A stretch of DNA of 64,000 nucleotides from Heterodontus francisci. Lineage: Eukaryota. Both the position numbers and the translations under genes were made by a program. Shown in pieces: positions 53,040 through 64,000 of this stretch (position 1 is its first letter; every line of letters starts with the position of its first letter). The DNA lies in the NCBI RefSeq assembly GCF_036365525.1, contig NC_090404.1, forward strand, positions 34,586,236 to 34,650,235. The letters are read 5' to 3'. The notes below the pieces were generated by a model. The model worked only from the letters and a program-made list of their open reading frames with translations. It was not told the origin of the DNA and ran no database searches.

Positions 53040-54370
53040 ATACACTGCTCACCACCTCACCGAGGCAACCTCCAGCGTGGAGAGACATAACTCCCCATAG
53101 AACAGCCGTTCCGCCACTTAACGAGACATTTTCCTTCAAGAATAGATACCACAATCCATAGCACATAGATTCCTCTACTCACAGAAGAATTCTCTAGTTG
53201 GATAGATACCAGACCCCATAGAAAAGCGGCGAATCCACGCACTGAGACACATTCAGCAGAGAGAGAGACCACAGTCCAGATGTTCCCCGATTCACCAAGA
53301 CATCCTCAGTACGGACAGATACCGCATCCAGAGACCAGAGGTCTACCACTCACTGAGACACACTCTAACATGGACAGAAATTCAGCCCATACAATATCGG
53401 TTCCCCTACTAATCGAGACGTCTTCCTGCATAGGTAGGATATCACCCCCCACTATACAGAGACTCCCCCACTCAAAGGGCCATCCTCCAACATGGATAGC
53501 TATCGCATCCCATATAGCATGGATTATCCCACTCACCACCACACCCTCCAGCATGAATAGGTAGAGAATATGGATTATCCCACTCACTGAGACACCTGCA
53601 GCATCGATAGAATCCACAGGCTATAGAACATGGATTCCCCACTCACCGAGACACACTTCAGCACAGATAGACACCACATCCCATAGAACAGCTGCTCCCC
53701 CACGAACGGAGACACCCTCCAACAGAGAGAGAGATACCACACCCTATAGGACAGTGGTTTCCCCACTCACTGAAACATTCTTTAGCATAGATGGATACCA
53801 TACCCCATCAAACATCAGTTGCTTCACTCACTGAGACATACTCCAGCATGGATACCTAACAAACCTTATAGAACAGTAGTTCCCCCAGTCGTCAAAATAT
53901 CCTACAGCAGGGAGAAATACCACACGCCAAGGAACAAGTGATCCCTCACTCACTGTGACACCCTCCAGCATGGATAGTTACCACATTCCATTGAACAGAC
54001 GTTCCCCCACTCACTAAGACACACTCCAGGAAGGAGAGATACCACATCTCATCGAACAACGGTTGCCTCACTCACTGAGGCACACGCCTGCATGGATAGA
54101 TACCACATCTCATAGAACAGCGCTCCCCCCACCCTATCGCCCCCCGCCCCCCTTCACCGAGACATTCTCCAGAGTGGAGAGACGCCGGACCTCAAAGAAC
54201 AGCGGTTCTTCCACTCAATCAGGCAGCCTCCAACATGGCGAGTTAACCGCAACCCAGAGAACAGCGGTTCCCAAATCAGCGAGACAGCCTCCTTCTTAGA
54301 CCGATACCACACATCTGAACAGTGCTTCCACCACTCATACAGATACAATCCTGTATGGATCCCATGAAAC
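53040..54370. repeat. ~60-bp minisatellite in C5-TM1 intron (~20 degenerate units)
   Basis: Unit ~ccccactcactgagacaccctccagcatggatagataccacaccccatagaacagcggtt. Confidence 0.85.
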
Positions 54371-55139
54371 AGCTGTTGCAGCTTCTGACTCGGCTGGCTA
54401 GTCACAGTAATTAGGCAAAGTGCGTTACGTTAAAGAACGGTCTGATTTCTCCTTGAGAAGATAATGCAACACCAAAAATGATCGGATCAGCTGTCTCACT
54501 GCAGGCTGCAATTCGCTGTGAATACAGGTTAGCTTCCCATTCGAAAAACTGTCGGATCCTGTGCTGCACTTTAACTGACCATTATGAGAAGATGAGTAGA
54601 TTCCACTTCATACATAGCCTTTCACGGCTTCCAGAGGTCACAAAGCTGTATGTCCAAATAATTACTTTTTTAATGTTTGATAAACTACATCACAGTCAAT
54701 TAACCCAGAACCACGTCCAAAAAGCAGCAATGTGGTCAATGGGAATTTAGTCTAATAAGTGTTGCTCTGGGAGCCGCCGGCAGAGCTCGCTAATCCTTCA
54801 ATACACCCAGGGTATCTTTAACATCTACCCGAACAACCAGACGAGGCCACGGAGCAGCATTTTATCTGGAAAACTGCACCCGCTGTTCGTGGAATTGTCA
54901 GCCTGGATTAGAAACCGAAGTCAGGCAGAGGAGCTTGAACCCACTGGAGTTGAAATCCCTCTCAGGCGGTGGCGCCGTCACTTGAGGCGAATTTCTACCC
55001 ACAATATTGTGATTCAGAAGCCCGCCAGCTGACAATGAGCTCAAATGACACTAAAGTGCTGAGGATATTCCAACGTCAAGTCATACCTTGGAAACAAAAG
55101 CTTTTGAAACTGCACAGATTAATAGTTCAATACAACAAT

Positions 55140-56020
55140 AACATTGCCATCAACATCTTGGGGGTTACCATTGACCAGAAAATGAACTGGAGCAGTCGCA
55201 TAATTACTATGGCTCCAGGAACAGGTCAGATGCTGGGAATTCTGCAGTGAGTAACAACTTCTGCCTCCCCAATGTCTGTCTACAGGAGTGTGATGGAATA
55301 GTCTCCACTTGCCTGGATGGGTGCACGTTCAACAACATTCAAAAAGCTCGACAACATCCAGGACAAAGCAATCTTCTTGGTTGGTGCCCAAAACACAAAC
55401 ATTCACTCCCTCCACCACTGACACAGAGTGGCAGCAGCGTGTATAATACACAAGGTGCACTGCAGCCGCCCACCAAAGCTCCTCAAACAATAGCTTTCCA
55501 AACCAACAGCCTCTATCACCTAAAAGGACAAAGGCAGCAGATGCATGGGAACACCACCGCCTGCAAGTTCCCCACCAAGCCACACACCATCTTGACCTGG
55601 AACTATATCGCTGTTCCTTCACTGTCACTGGGTCAAAATCCTGGAACTCCCTTCCTAACAGCATTGTGGGTATATCTACAGCAGATGGACTGCAGTGGCT
55701 CATGAAGGCAGCTCATCAACACCAACTCAAAGTCAACTAAGGCTGGTCTTAACATTGATGCACATATCCCATCAAATAATAAAAACAAATCAGAGTCAGT
55801 GGAGTGGTTGAAAGAGGTGATGGTGAGATAGAGCTGGGTGTCAGCAGCGTACATGTGGACTCTGATTTTGGATGATGTCACCCAGAGACAGCATGTATGT
55901 GAGCAATAGGAGAGGACCAGGGATAGATCCTCATGGAACTCCAGAGATACTGGTGCGGGAGCTGGTGGAGATCTCGCTGAAGATCTAGCTATGACTGGAT
56001 AAGTAAGAGTGAATACAAGC
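55140..56020. mobile_element. LINE remnants (plus-strand 3' end 55140-55790; minus-strand L2-like RT 55790-56020)
   Basis: NILGVTIDQKMNW on the plus strand; HMYAADTQLY (YADDTQLY-like) on the minus strand. Confidence 0.65.
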
Positions 56021-56345
56021 AATCACTAGTTTTGGGAAATTATTGTCGTACTAAATAGTGACTGGATGTTGTTCTACCTTTATTCATACCGATTTACAAC
56101 TAGATACATAATTGGCCAAATGTAAACCACAAGAGCTCTGGAAGCTGCAAACACGGTAAGGAGTAGTGTAATCTGTTTGAAAGCACCCTTTGTATCTCTA
56201 AAAATGGGGGAATGGAAACGTGTTGCACAGCTGGAAGATTAGACAATGTATATCATGCATATTTGGATCAAGTTTAAAATGAAGATCGTGAAAGTAACAT
56301 GCACACAAACGACAAATAGGGGAGCCAGCAAGTTTTCATTCAGCA

Positions 56346-56351
56346 TTTATT
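56346..56351 (-). terminator. Polyadenylation signal of secretory IgNAR mRNA
   Basis: AATAAA on the minus strand ~320 nt after the secretory stop, followed by a GU-rich stretch (gtttgtgtgcatgtt). Confidence 0.7.
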
Positions 56352-56667
56352 GCAATTAGCGGATCCACATACAGACTAAAGCACAATTTCCTATTCATCC
56401 AATAACATCACTAAACCCTTCAAGGGATCTTCAAAACGATTGCAGCTGTGTTAAGGTTATCCAGGGTTATCGGATTCTAACCATAACTATCCTTCATTGA
56501 CTGATATGGTTTCATATATTACTGAAATATCTCAACAATTATTCGTCGACATAGAGGGTGACAGTGACATGTGATAAACAGGAGATTCACTGACTCAGAT
56601 ACTCAAACAGTTATGAACATCACAACAGTAACACATCTATGGGAAACAGATATTCACCCACACTGGG

Positions 56668-57050
56668 TTATGTACATGATTTAACACTGTCAGATAGGAC
56701 AAGTGAAACATTAACTGAAGTAGGTTTACCATAAGATTTATTTATGCTTCTGCGTAAATCCCTTTGGAGGGACGGGTGTCCCACTAAACAGGTGTACGTG
56801 GTGCCGCTGTTCCACTCCACTGCAGTGAGTTTCAATCTGCTGGCAATGGAGCTGGAACCATTTCTCTTCTCGATCTCTGCTTGGCTAGGAGAACCTGAAT
56901 CCAAAAGGGTGTCATTGGCCATCCAAGCGATGTAAATCTCAGCAGGATAAAAACCAGTGACTAGACACACCAGAGTAGCCGTCTGCTCAGTGCCTATCTC
57001 TTCCGCTGATGGAAGTAGAACGTAGACTTTAGGAGGATGCATTTCACCAA
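56668..57050 (-). CDS. IgNAR: IgNAR C5 exon with secretory tailpiece
   Basis: Acceptor ctctttacag|TT. VGEMHPPKVYVLLPS...LVCLVTGFYPAEIYIAWMANDTLLDSG...YTCLVGHPSL...NKSY|GKPTSVNVSLVLSDSVKSCT*. Internal donor TATG|gtaaac (exon end 56730) serves the membrane form. The tail has an NVS sequon and a penultimate Cys. Confidence 0.95.
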
Positions 57051-57447
57051 CTGTAAAGAGAGAAATATTGGTTAAACTGAGTCTGTTTCTTCTTCAGTCT
57101 TCACTTCATGTTCCCCTTTTCTGGAAATAATGTGCATTCGGGCATTTGGAATAGTTTCTGAACTGTGAGAGTTTACATATTTCTCTACTTGTTCATGGGT
57201 GCCTTTAATTTTCTTTATTTTGGTGGTTTTTCAATGTGGTCTGACGTTAGATTGCAAAGAGTTGGAGACAATCAAAAAGCACTGACGCTGTTAGGATGCA
57301 ACAGTGTCAAACCGCTTCTATTTTTTCATACTATTTTTTACCCGTCTGGTGACTTCCCAGGTCCCAGATGACATAGGAACATTTAGTGAAGAAACTGGGT
57401 ATTTGTTAACATCATTTATCATCTGACCGAGTATTATCTGTGCTTAC

Positions 57448-57768
57448 CCTTTACTTTCCTGGTGGAAGTTTTCACTGGTGTTGGTAATTCGCTGTCCTCT
57501 ATGAAGCAGACGTATTCCACCCCACTGTCCCACTCTGCCGCAGTGACTTTTAGTTTACTAACGATGGCGAATTTGCTTCCATTCCACTCGGGACTCTGAG
57601 TCTCGACTCCTTCCGTTCTCCCACTCCCATCCACTTGCCAGGACACGATGACGCTTTCTAAGTCGCTGTAAAGGATTTCACAAACAATGGTCGCCGTTCG
57701 TTGAGTCCAAATCTCTTCAAAGAGGGGGTTCAATATATTGACAGAAATGTCTGCCTCATGACAATCAT
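57448..57768 (-). CDS. IgNAR: IgNAR C4 exon
   Basis: Acceptor tcttctctccag|AT, donor AAGG|gtaagc, 321 nt. DDCHEADISVNILNPLFEEIWTQRTATIVCEILYSDLE...EWDSGVEYVC...SELPTPVK, with an extra N-terminal Cys as in IgNAR C4. Confidence 0.93.
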
Positions 57769-57977
57769 CTGGAGAGAAGAGGGAATGGTTATTTCAAGCT
57801 GTCATGTTGAATTCACAGGTGACAACAACAACAACATAGTCCAAGAGATATAAAATAATTCTACTTACTGGAGTAGGTTAGGACTTTTCTCAGATTGTTT
57901 CTGTTTAGCTAATAAGATGCAGCGCCTTTCTGGTCTTGTTGCTTTCATCTCCTGGCTTTTCTGGATGATGTCCGCAA

Positions 57978-58148
57978 AAATATTTCCGATTATTAATTCC
58001 ACAAATCGGGAATTCCTCTGACTGGGATTTAATTGGGACTAATTGTCCCTGCTCTCATGCTGCAAAGGTTCACACATCAGACTGACTGACTGATGCTAGA
58101 GGTCAATTGCAGCCCTGTGTCCTGAATGTGGTGGGTTCAACATACCTC
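57978..58148. repeat. ~170-bp direct repeat, copy adjacent to C4 (paired with 60985-61152)
   Basis: Shares blocks such as ggaattcctctgactgg.atttaattgggac and ctcatgctgca...catcagactgactg with 60985-61152. Not similar to other repeats in the window. Confidence 0.85.
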
Positions 58149-59554
58149 CTATAAAGTGACTAAAATTCTCCTCTTTTTCAGTCCAAGCATTTGGGTTGAA
58201 ATGAACTTGTCTCTGCCTGAGCAATGAATGGAAGCGTGGCCTCAAAACCAACAAGCAGATGTTCTACATCATTTGACACCGATTTCGCTCGTCACTTAAA
58301 AGCTACAATGTATTTAGGAAAACGTGAAAACCACCACTCTGGTCTAGGAAGGAGCATTGCTGGAAGGCTGAGATTAAAGACACCATTGTTTAAGTGTGTA
58401 ACGTGAGGAAGTCTATAATTTTACGATGATATACCTGGCCCAGAGGTACACAATATTGACATCAGTGACAGTGGAAAGGTTTTCTCTAGTATCCAGACGT
58501 TTACAAAATTGAGATAAATGCTAAAGATATTGGAAAACATACCTTCAGTTTTTAAAGTAAAATAGTCACTCTGACCATAAGAATCATTACTTTCTTTATA
58601 CATGGCATGAAATCTAAATGAATAAGCATTCTCCTTTGTTTTCACTAAAAGTTAAATTTGTTTCTCTGAACATTATCGAAACCACCGTCATTATATTCAG
58701 CGAGGATGTCATCTCTGAAATTCTCAAGATCTCTACAAGGGACCAAAGTTACATATTTATTGCGCATGTCCAACATTGTTACTTTTTTTTTCTAATCTAC
58801 ACTAAAATTGGTGAATTTCTCTCAATGATGTTTCAGAAGGGAGTGCTGTGCAAACTGTTTCTGGATTCTCATCATTCCCATTGGCTCTCCTTCCAGATTG
58901 GCAGATGTAAACATGTATTTGTCTACTCACTGGGATCCCTGATTTCATCCCATTAAATTAACATCCCTTCATAAAATGAGTGAAGAATATTTCATGGTGT
59001 ATGTTACAAGAACCCTCTTATCTGAAGGGATTTGATCTTACTTTCATTTCCAAAAGTTGCTATTTTTGGCAGAAAAAGGAAAAAGGAAGGCACAAAAAAG
59101 TGAGAATGTCAGATGACTGATTGTAATAAAATGAATCATCTCCATTGGTTTGAACAGCAAACTGAGTTTCAACCCTGAGATATGTTGAGGCAACGACAAG
59201 CAGAAATGTCATGTGTAGGACTTGGGCTGATTTCAACACTCAAATCTTCACCTCAGCATTCTAAAACAAAGACAGCGTGCACATTTAGATTCACTTCCTA
59301 TCAATTTCTGTGAAGAGGCACGAGGCGTTTAAAAGTGCTATATAAATGCCTGCTGTCATTGTTACTCCAGTACAGGCTCCACTGAATCGGTTGCCTTGAG
59401 TACCTCTCACGATTGGACACTCTGAGTAGATCAGCAGAAAATGTGAATGCCAACAGCCTATCCTACAGCAACAACATCAGAGCCCCGTCCGGTCCTTCCC
59501 TCAGCAGAGGTGCAAACACATCGAACTCCACCTGACCTCCTCAGATCGGAGGGC

Positions 59555-60490
59555 CATTAATGTTTGGGATGATAAAATCAGAAATCCAATTTCTAAATTT
59601 GTGGATTACACCAAATTCAGGCGAATAGCCAATGTTGAGGAGGACTGCAACAAATTGCAAGAAGATATGAAGATACTTGCAGTATGGAGAAATAATTGGC
59701 AAATGAATTTGACATAAATAAATGCAGAGTATTGCATTTCACCAAGAAAGTAAAAGAGGTGGCATATTACTTAGAAAATAAGAATATAAATGTGGAAGAG
59801 GAGCAAATGGATCTGGGATTACAGATCCATAAATCATTACAACTAGAAACGCAGATTAACAAGGTCATAAAAAAAACTAGAATTGAAAGGTAAAGAAGTT
59901 ACACTAAAACTGCATCGAACCTTGATTTGACTACACCTGGATTACTGCGCACAGTGTGCTTGTCATATATTGAAAAAATGATGCAGAGGCATTAGAGAGG
60001 GCGCAAACATTATTTACAAGGATGACAACATCAATACGGGGGTATACATTTCAGGAGAGATTGAACAGGCTAGGTGTCTTTTCTGCTGAAATGAGAAGGC
60101 TGAGGGGTTCTCTAATATTGTTTTATTTTTCATTATGAAAGGTTTGGTCGAGTAGGCCCAGTGAAGTTTTCCACTTGGGAAAGAGCAAAGCTAGTGGCCA
60201 TTAACATAAGGTAGTCACCAAGCAATTCAATAGGGCATTCAGAACAAGCTTCTTTATCTAGAGAAAGGTGAAAATAGGGAACTCCCGACCACAAGGAGTG
60301 GTTGAAGCGAACAGTATAATTGTATTTAACTGGACTCTAGCCAAGCATATGAAGGAGATAGCAATGGAGCGTTATGTTCAAAGAGTTAAATGGGGAAATA
60401 CCGAAGGAAGACTTGAGTGAAGCATAAACGCTTGCCTGGACTTATTGGGCCGAATGGACTGTTTCTGTGCTGTATATTCTATATAACCCT
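59555..60490 (+). mobile_element. Old CR1 3' fragment in C3-C4 intron
   Basis: KFVDYTK, FDINKCRVLHF, DLGLQIH and tail gggccgaatggactgtttctgtgctgta. Confidence 0.8.
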
Positions 60491-60984
60491 ATTTAAGAGG
60501 AAACAATGGGGTTAGCCTCAGGAACCCGGATGTATCTAGGCCATTGCATCTGCCAAAAAGCCAGCAGTTGAGATTCGTCAACTCAGCGAGGTCTGGTGGC
60601 AGGACATAGGGCGTTTTTGGTCTGCAAAGCTGACTACTACAGTGTCGGGGTCCTCACCAATGCTAGAAGCTTGTTTGTTAGTGTTTATGACTGCGTCTGA
60701 AACACAGCAAATATCAGCAGGTTGTTGTACCGTGAGGACATTGCAGCCAAGTCCTCTCTTCTTCTTCCCAGAAATAGCACACACGCATTTACCATAGATC
60801 ACGAGTGGAACCACGCACTATTGCTGTTTCGTGAATCTAGGGACACTAAGACCAATTTCAGGCCCCGAACATCATCAGGTGAAATCAACGAACTCAGCAA
60901 GAAACGGTATCCAACCCCAGATCCAGGGAAGTTTATTGCTTCTTCATCCTTCACACGGAGGTGGTGGGGCTATTATTGTGCAAA

Positions 60985-61152
60985 TAATATTTCCAATCAT
61001 TTATTCCACAGATCAGGAATTCCTCTGACTGGAATTTAATTGGGACAAATTGTTCCCGTTCTCATGCTGCAGACGTTCACGCATCAGACTGACTGGTGCT
61101 GGAGGTCAGTTGCAGCCCCGTAGCCAGAACGTAGTGGGTTCCAATACACCTC
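60985..61152. repeat. ~170-bp direct repeat, copy adjacent to C3 (paired with 57978-58148)
   Basis: Colinear similarity to 57978-58148 with scattered substitutions and a 4-nt GACT repeat-length difference. Confidence 0.85.
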
Positions 61153-61628
61153 ATTATTTGTAATTCGATTGGAATAAAAACAATCAGAAATGAAAACAGT
61201 TTAGTTTACACTCATCAAAACAAAAGGTCACAGCATTGGATTCTGTTCATGATGACGTTATTAGACTCCTCCTATGACCTCTAACCCTGGCGGTGCAGAA
61301 GATATGAGTAATTGAAATGCAAAAAGCTACTGACAAAATTGGCTGAGTCGCCTGATAACTGGTTGTTTTTGGCTTTTAACTGACTGCCGGCACTCAGTGT
61401 TGTGTCGGACTTAAATACAGCAGTACAGAACGAAGTAAACAGCACCCAAAGTCTTCTTCCCACATTATGGAACTCTATGCATTTTGAGCTACTGTTTATT
61501 GCTGTTTAAAGATAGCCAACAATCACCAGTGAACCGTACAGTGAAGTTGGAGAAATCCTTCTCCTACTTCATTCTTACCATTGGGTCCTCACATGTATAT
61601 AGCGGCGCACACACTGAGTGCTGATCAT

Positions 61629-61700
61629 TTTATTGTCTCCGTGTGGCCTGTGAGTTAAGGCTGCATTAATTGTTATCCACACATTTTGCTGTTCCTACAA
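61629..61700 (-). other. Candidate alternative terminal (secretory) exon after C3: VVGTAKCVDNN* plus AATAAA
   Basis: attcctctag|TT GTA GGA ACA GCA AAA TGT GTG GAT AAC AAT TAA (61700-61666), in phase with the C3 donor across a 101-nt intron. AATAAA at 61634-61629. No transcript evidence. Confidence 0.4.
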
Positions 61701-61801
61701 CTAGAGGAATCTGATCACCAGTGCCCCCGTTGTTTGATGTTGCCTTTAGATTAAGTACAAAGCACTGATTGTGTGAGTATATATTGTGTAACTGCCCTTA
61801 C

Positions 61802-62119
61802 CTTCCGGGTTGCTGATGGCCCTCTTCACGGTAGAGTCTGAAGGTGGATGTGAGGCAGAACAGGTGTATGTTTCTCCCTTTTTCCATTCAGCTGCAGGTA
61901 AAATGAGAAGGCTGCTTGTGCTGAAGCTCTGGTCCTGTTCAAGAGCAGTGGGGAAACTGGTGACGTTCGAGTTTAAAGCAACTCCGTCCTTCTCCCAGGA
62001 AACGGTGATTTTATCAGGATAGAATCCTCTTATCAAGCATGTGAGAATGGCGGTGCTGGTATTTTGAATCTCCTCTGGTGATGGAGGCAGGAGGCGGACC
62101 TTTGGCTGTATTGGCTCGA
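61802..62119 (-). CDS. IgNAR: IgNAR C3 exon
   Basis: Acceptor ttctgttacag|TC, donor GAAG|gtaagg, 318 nt, 75-nt intron from C2. VEPIQPKVRLLPPSPEEIQ...LTCLIRGFYPDKITVSW...FPTALEQD...YTCSASHPPS...ISNPE. Confidence 0.93.
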
Positions 62120-62194
62120 CTGTAACAGAATTTGAACCAGGGTTAGTCTTCCTTCCACTGTCATTTAAAAACAGGGTGATATATTTTTACCCAC

Positions 62195-62497
62195 CTTTTG
62201 TCTTTCTTGTTTGTTTTGTTACCGGATTTGATGATTGGCCCCCATGTGCTGAGCATGAGTATTCAACCCCGCTATCCCACTCTTCCACGCTGCTTGTCAA
62301 GTGGCTGATTGTCAGGTACTGGTTTCCATCCTTTGTAGCTGCTTCGATTTGAACTCCTTCAATCCTCATCTTACCATCAACTGTCCAAGAGATCGCAATC
62401 TCAGTGGGAACTGTAGAGACCACTTCACACAACAGGGCGGCAGTCTTATTGATCCAGATATCTTCAATGGAGGGATCTCTGAGAAATACTGTGATTT
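62195..62497 (-). CDS. IgNAR: IgNAR C2 exon (C1-set Ig domain)
   Basis: Acceptor tttctcactgacag|AA, donor AAAG|gtgggt, 303 nt, phase 1/1. Translation EITVFLRDPSIEDIWINKTAALLCEVVST...SWTVDG...GNQYLTISHLTSSVEEWDSGVEYSC...TRKTK has the canonical Cys/Trp/Cys and closely follows recalled IgNAR C2. Confidence 0.92.
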
Positions 62498-62699
62498 CTG
62501 TCAGTGAGAAACGAGAGATTCAGAAACAGGACAATGCGTTAAGGTTGACAAATCCGTTTGTTTAGGAAGAATTTAATTTCAGTGACAATTGATAGCTGAT
62601 GAGCATATTTTCACTGATTATTATTGAATTTAAAACATCATTCTGTTGTTTATGCACAGTTTGAGTTGAACCACTAATTTGAAAAAATAATTTATACTG

Positions 62700-63100
62700 A
62701 ATGACAGGCAGAGAGACAAAAAGAGAGCTGGATACAAAGAGACAAACCGACAAAACAGAGAGCAACACAGAGATAATGAGCATCAGGAACAGGACAAGAG
62801 AGAGAGAAATCGATAGGGAGAGACAGGCAGGGACAGAGCAGCAGAGAGAGAGGTAACAGCAGAAAGAGTGGGATGGAGAGACCATCAGAGAAAGAGTGAG
62901 AGGCAGAGAAATAAAGAGAGAGGGGAGAGAAAGAGATAAAGGGAGTCCAACAGCCAGACACCAACAGAGATTTTTAAAAAAACATGCAGCGACATGGAAA
63001 CGGAGTGTGAGAGAGAGACAGTGGGTTATAAAGTGGGAGGGTGACAGACACAGAGAGAAAACCTGAGGGAGATGGAGAGAGAAAGAAAGAGAGAAATAGA
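62700..63100. repeat. GA-rich low-complexity tract in C1-C2 intron
   Basis: Degenerate (GA)n/(GACA)n; gives spurious S/L-rich ORFs on the minus strand. Confidence 0.85.
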
Positions 63101-63970
63101 CAAATGAATTGGGCCGATCGTGTTTGATGACTCCCTAGAATTGTTGTCCAAATAGTCGTATTTCCCTGGCTCTTACACATGTCGTTTTAAATAAAATATT
63201 TAAAAGAAAGAACCGTTTGTTGTTTTATTTCGGTTTTCTGATCATATCTGTCTCTTTAATTTAGGAGCAGTTCTCTCTCAATGTCTATCCCTCTCTCACT
63301 CACTGTTCTTACTTTCTCTGTCCCAATCTCACCTATTTCATTTTATTTACACAATTTTGTACCGAATGCAGCAGCAGATATAATAAATCCTCAGAAATGT
63401 AACGAGTAACTGAACCGTACTGTGAAATTTGATCCATTATTTTCTAAAGATACGCTTTTGATCTGTATTTCTGTCCTGTTTCACCTGGATTGATTTGGTG
63501 AATTAATTAAATGGGATGTGAGACGATCTTTATAAATTATTCCTAATATCGTAAAAGATTATGTTCGATGCGTTACATTGACCACAGCATCATATTCATG
63601 TCAAGACATCTTAGTGCCTTTTGCAATACTAGCCTGACAGTGAGCACCATCCAGTACTTCAGTCATTGCCGCTGAAATCGGGAATGATATAACACAGAAG
63701 GAGGCCATTCGGTCCATCGTGCCTGTGCTGGCTCTTTGAAAGAACAGCTTCAGGTAGCTCGGACGTTGCTGCTGAAACATTCCCAACAATTTTTACTATA
63801 GAATTCCAGTACACCATGAACTGGTACAGATGTCACTCACTGGACCAGTTCAGGAATGTTTAATCCTCATCGATAAATGGTCACAATAACATCCCAACTA
63901 ATCCAATATTGATACAGAAAGTGGGAATACTTCACTCGTGCAAGCTTCTGAATTGGTTTCATTTCCTCAC

Positions 63971-64000
63971 CTGATTTTGATCTAATGTCTTTCCGCTGTA
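63971..64000 (-). CDS. IgNAR: IgNAR heavy chain C1 exon, 3' end only (continues beyond window)
   Basis: Minus strand reads ..CAG CGG AAA GAC ATT AGA TCA AAA TCA G|gtgagg = QRKDIRSKS plus a phase-1 donor. Matches the recalled end of nurse shark IgNAR C1 (QRKEIRSTS). Confidence 0.8.

Noticed and set aside
14390-54370. Tandem arrays as CRISPR-like repeats
   Set aside because: Eukaryotic context; degenerate head-to-tail units without unique spacers.
60578-61039. ORFs 60578-60814 (-) and 60722-61039 (+) in the C3-C4 intron
   Set aside because: No recognisable domain or convincing splice sites.
62562-63180. Hydrophobic minus-strand ORFs resembling TM segments
   Set aside because: Translation artefacts of the (GA/TC)n tract.

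Overview
Cartilaginous-fish (shark) genomic DNA, mostly retroelements. The main gene is the 3' part of an immunoglobulin heavy-chain constant region on the minus strand, best matching IgNAR (the shark heavy-chain-only antibody). It comprises the last 30 nt of C1 at the window edge, intact C2, C3, C4 and C5 plus secretory tail with a polyA signal, then TM1 and TM2, all with GT/AG sites in consistent phase. The 4-kb C3-C4 intron holds exon-like material not expected for a canonical IgNAR: a candidate short Cys-containing secretory exon with its own AATAAA, a duplicated ~170-bp segment (one copy flanked by splice sites), and a degenerate Ig-domain-sized exon. These may be relics of IgW-type alternative C-region processing. 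The C5-TM1 intron has an octamer/Ets/E-box cluster (candidate B-cell enhancer) and a ~60-bp minisatellite. Downstream of the gene are a nested stack of CR1/HER1 LINEs, a Penelope-like element with a hammerhead-like motif, a solo LTR and HE1-type SINEs, all inside a LINE-tail-derived ~47-bp minisatellite. There is also a tRNA-Glu pseudogene and a GPR139-like GPCR pseudogene. Family assignments come from recalled motifs, not database searches; repeat boundaries are approximate unless a TSD is given.
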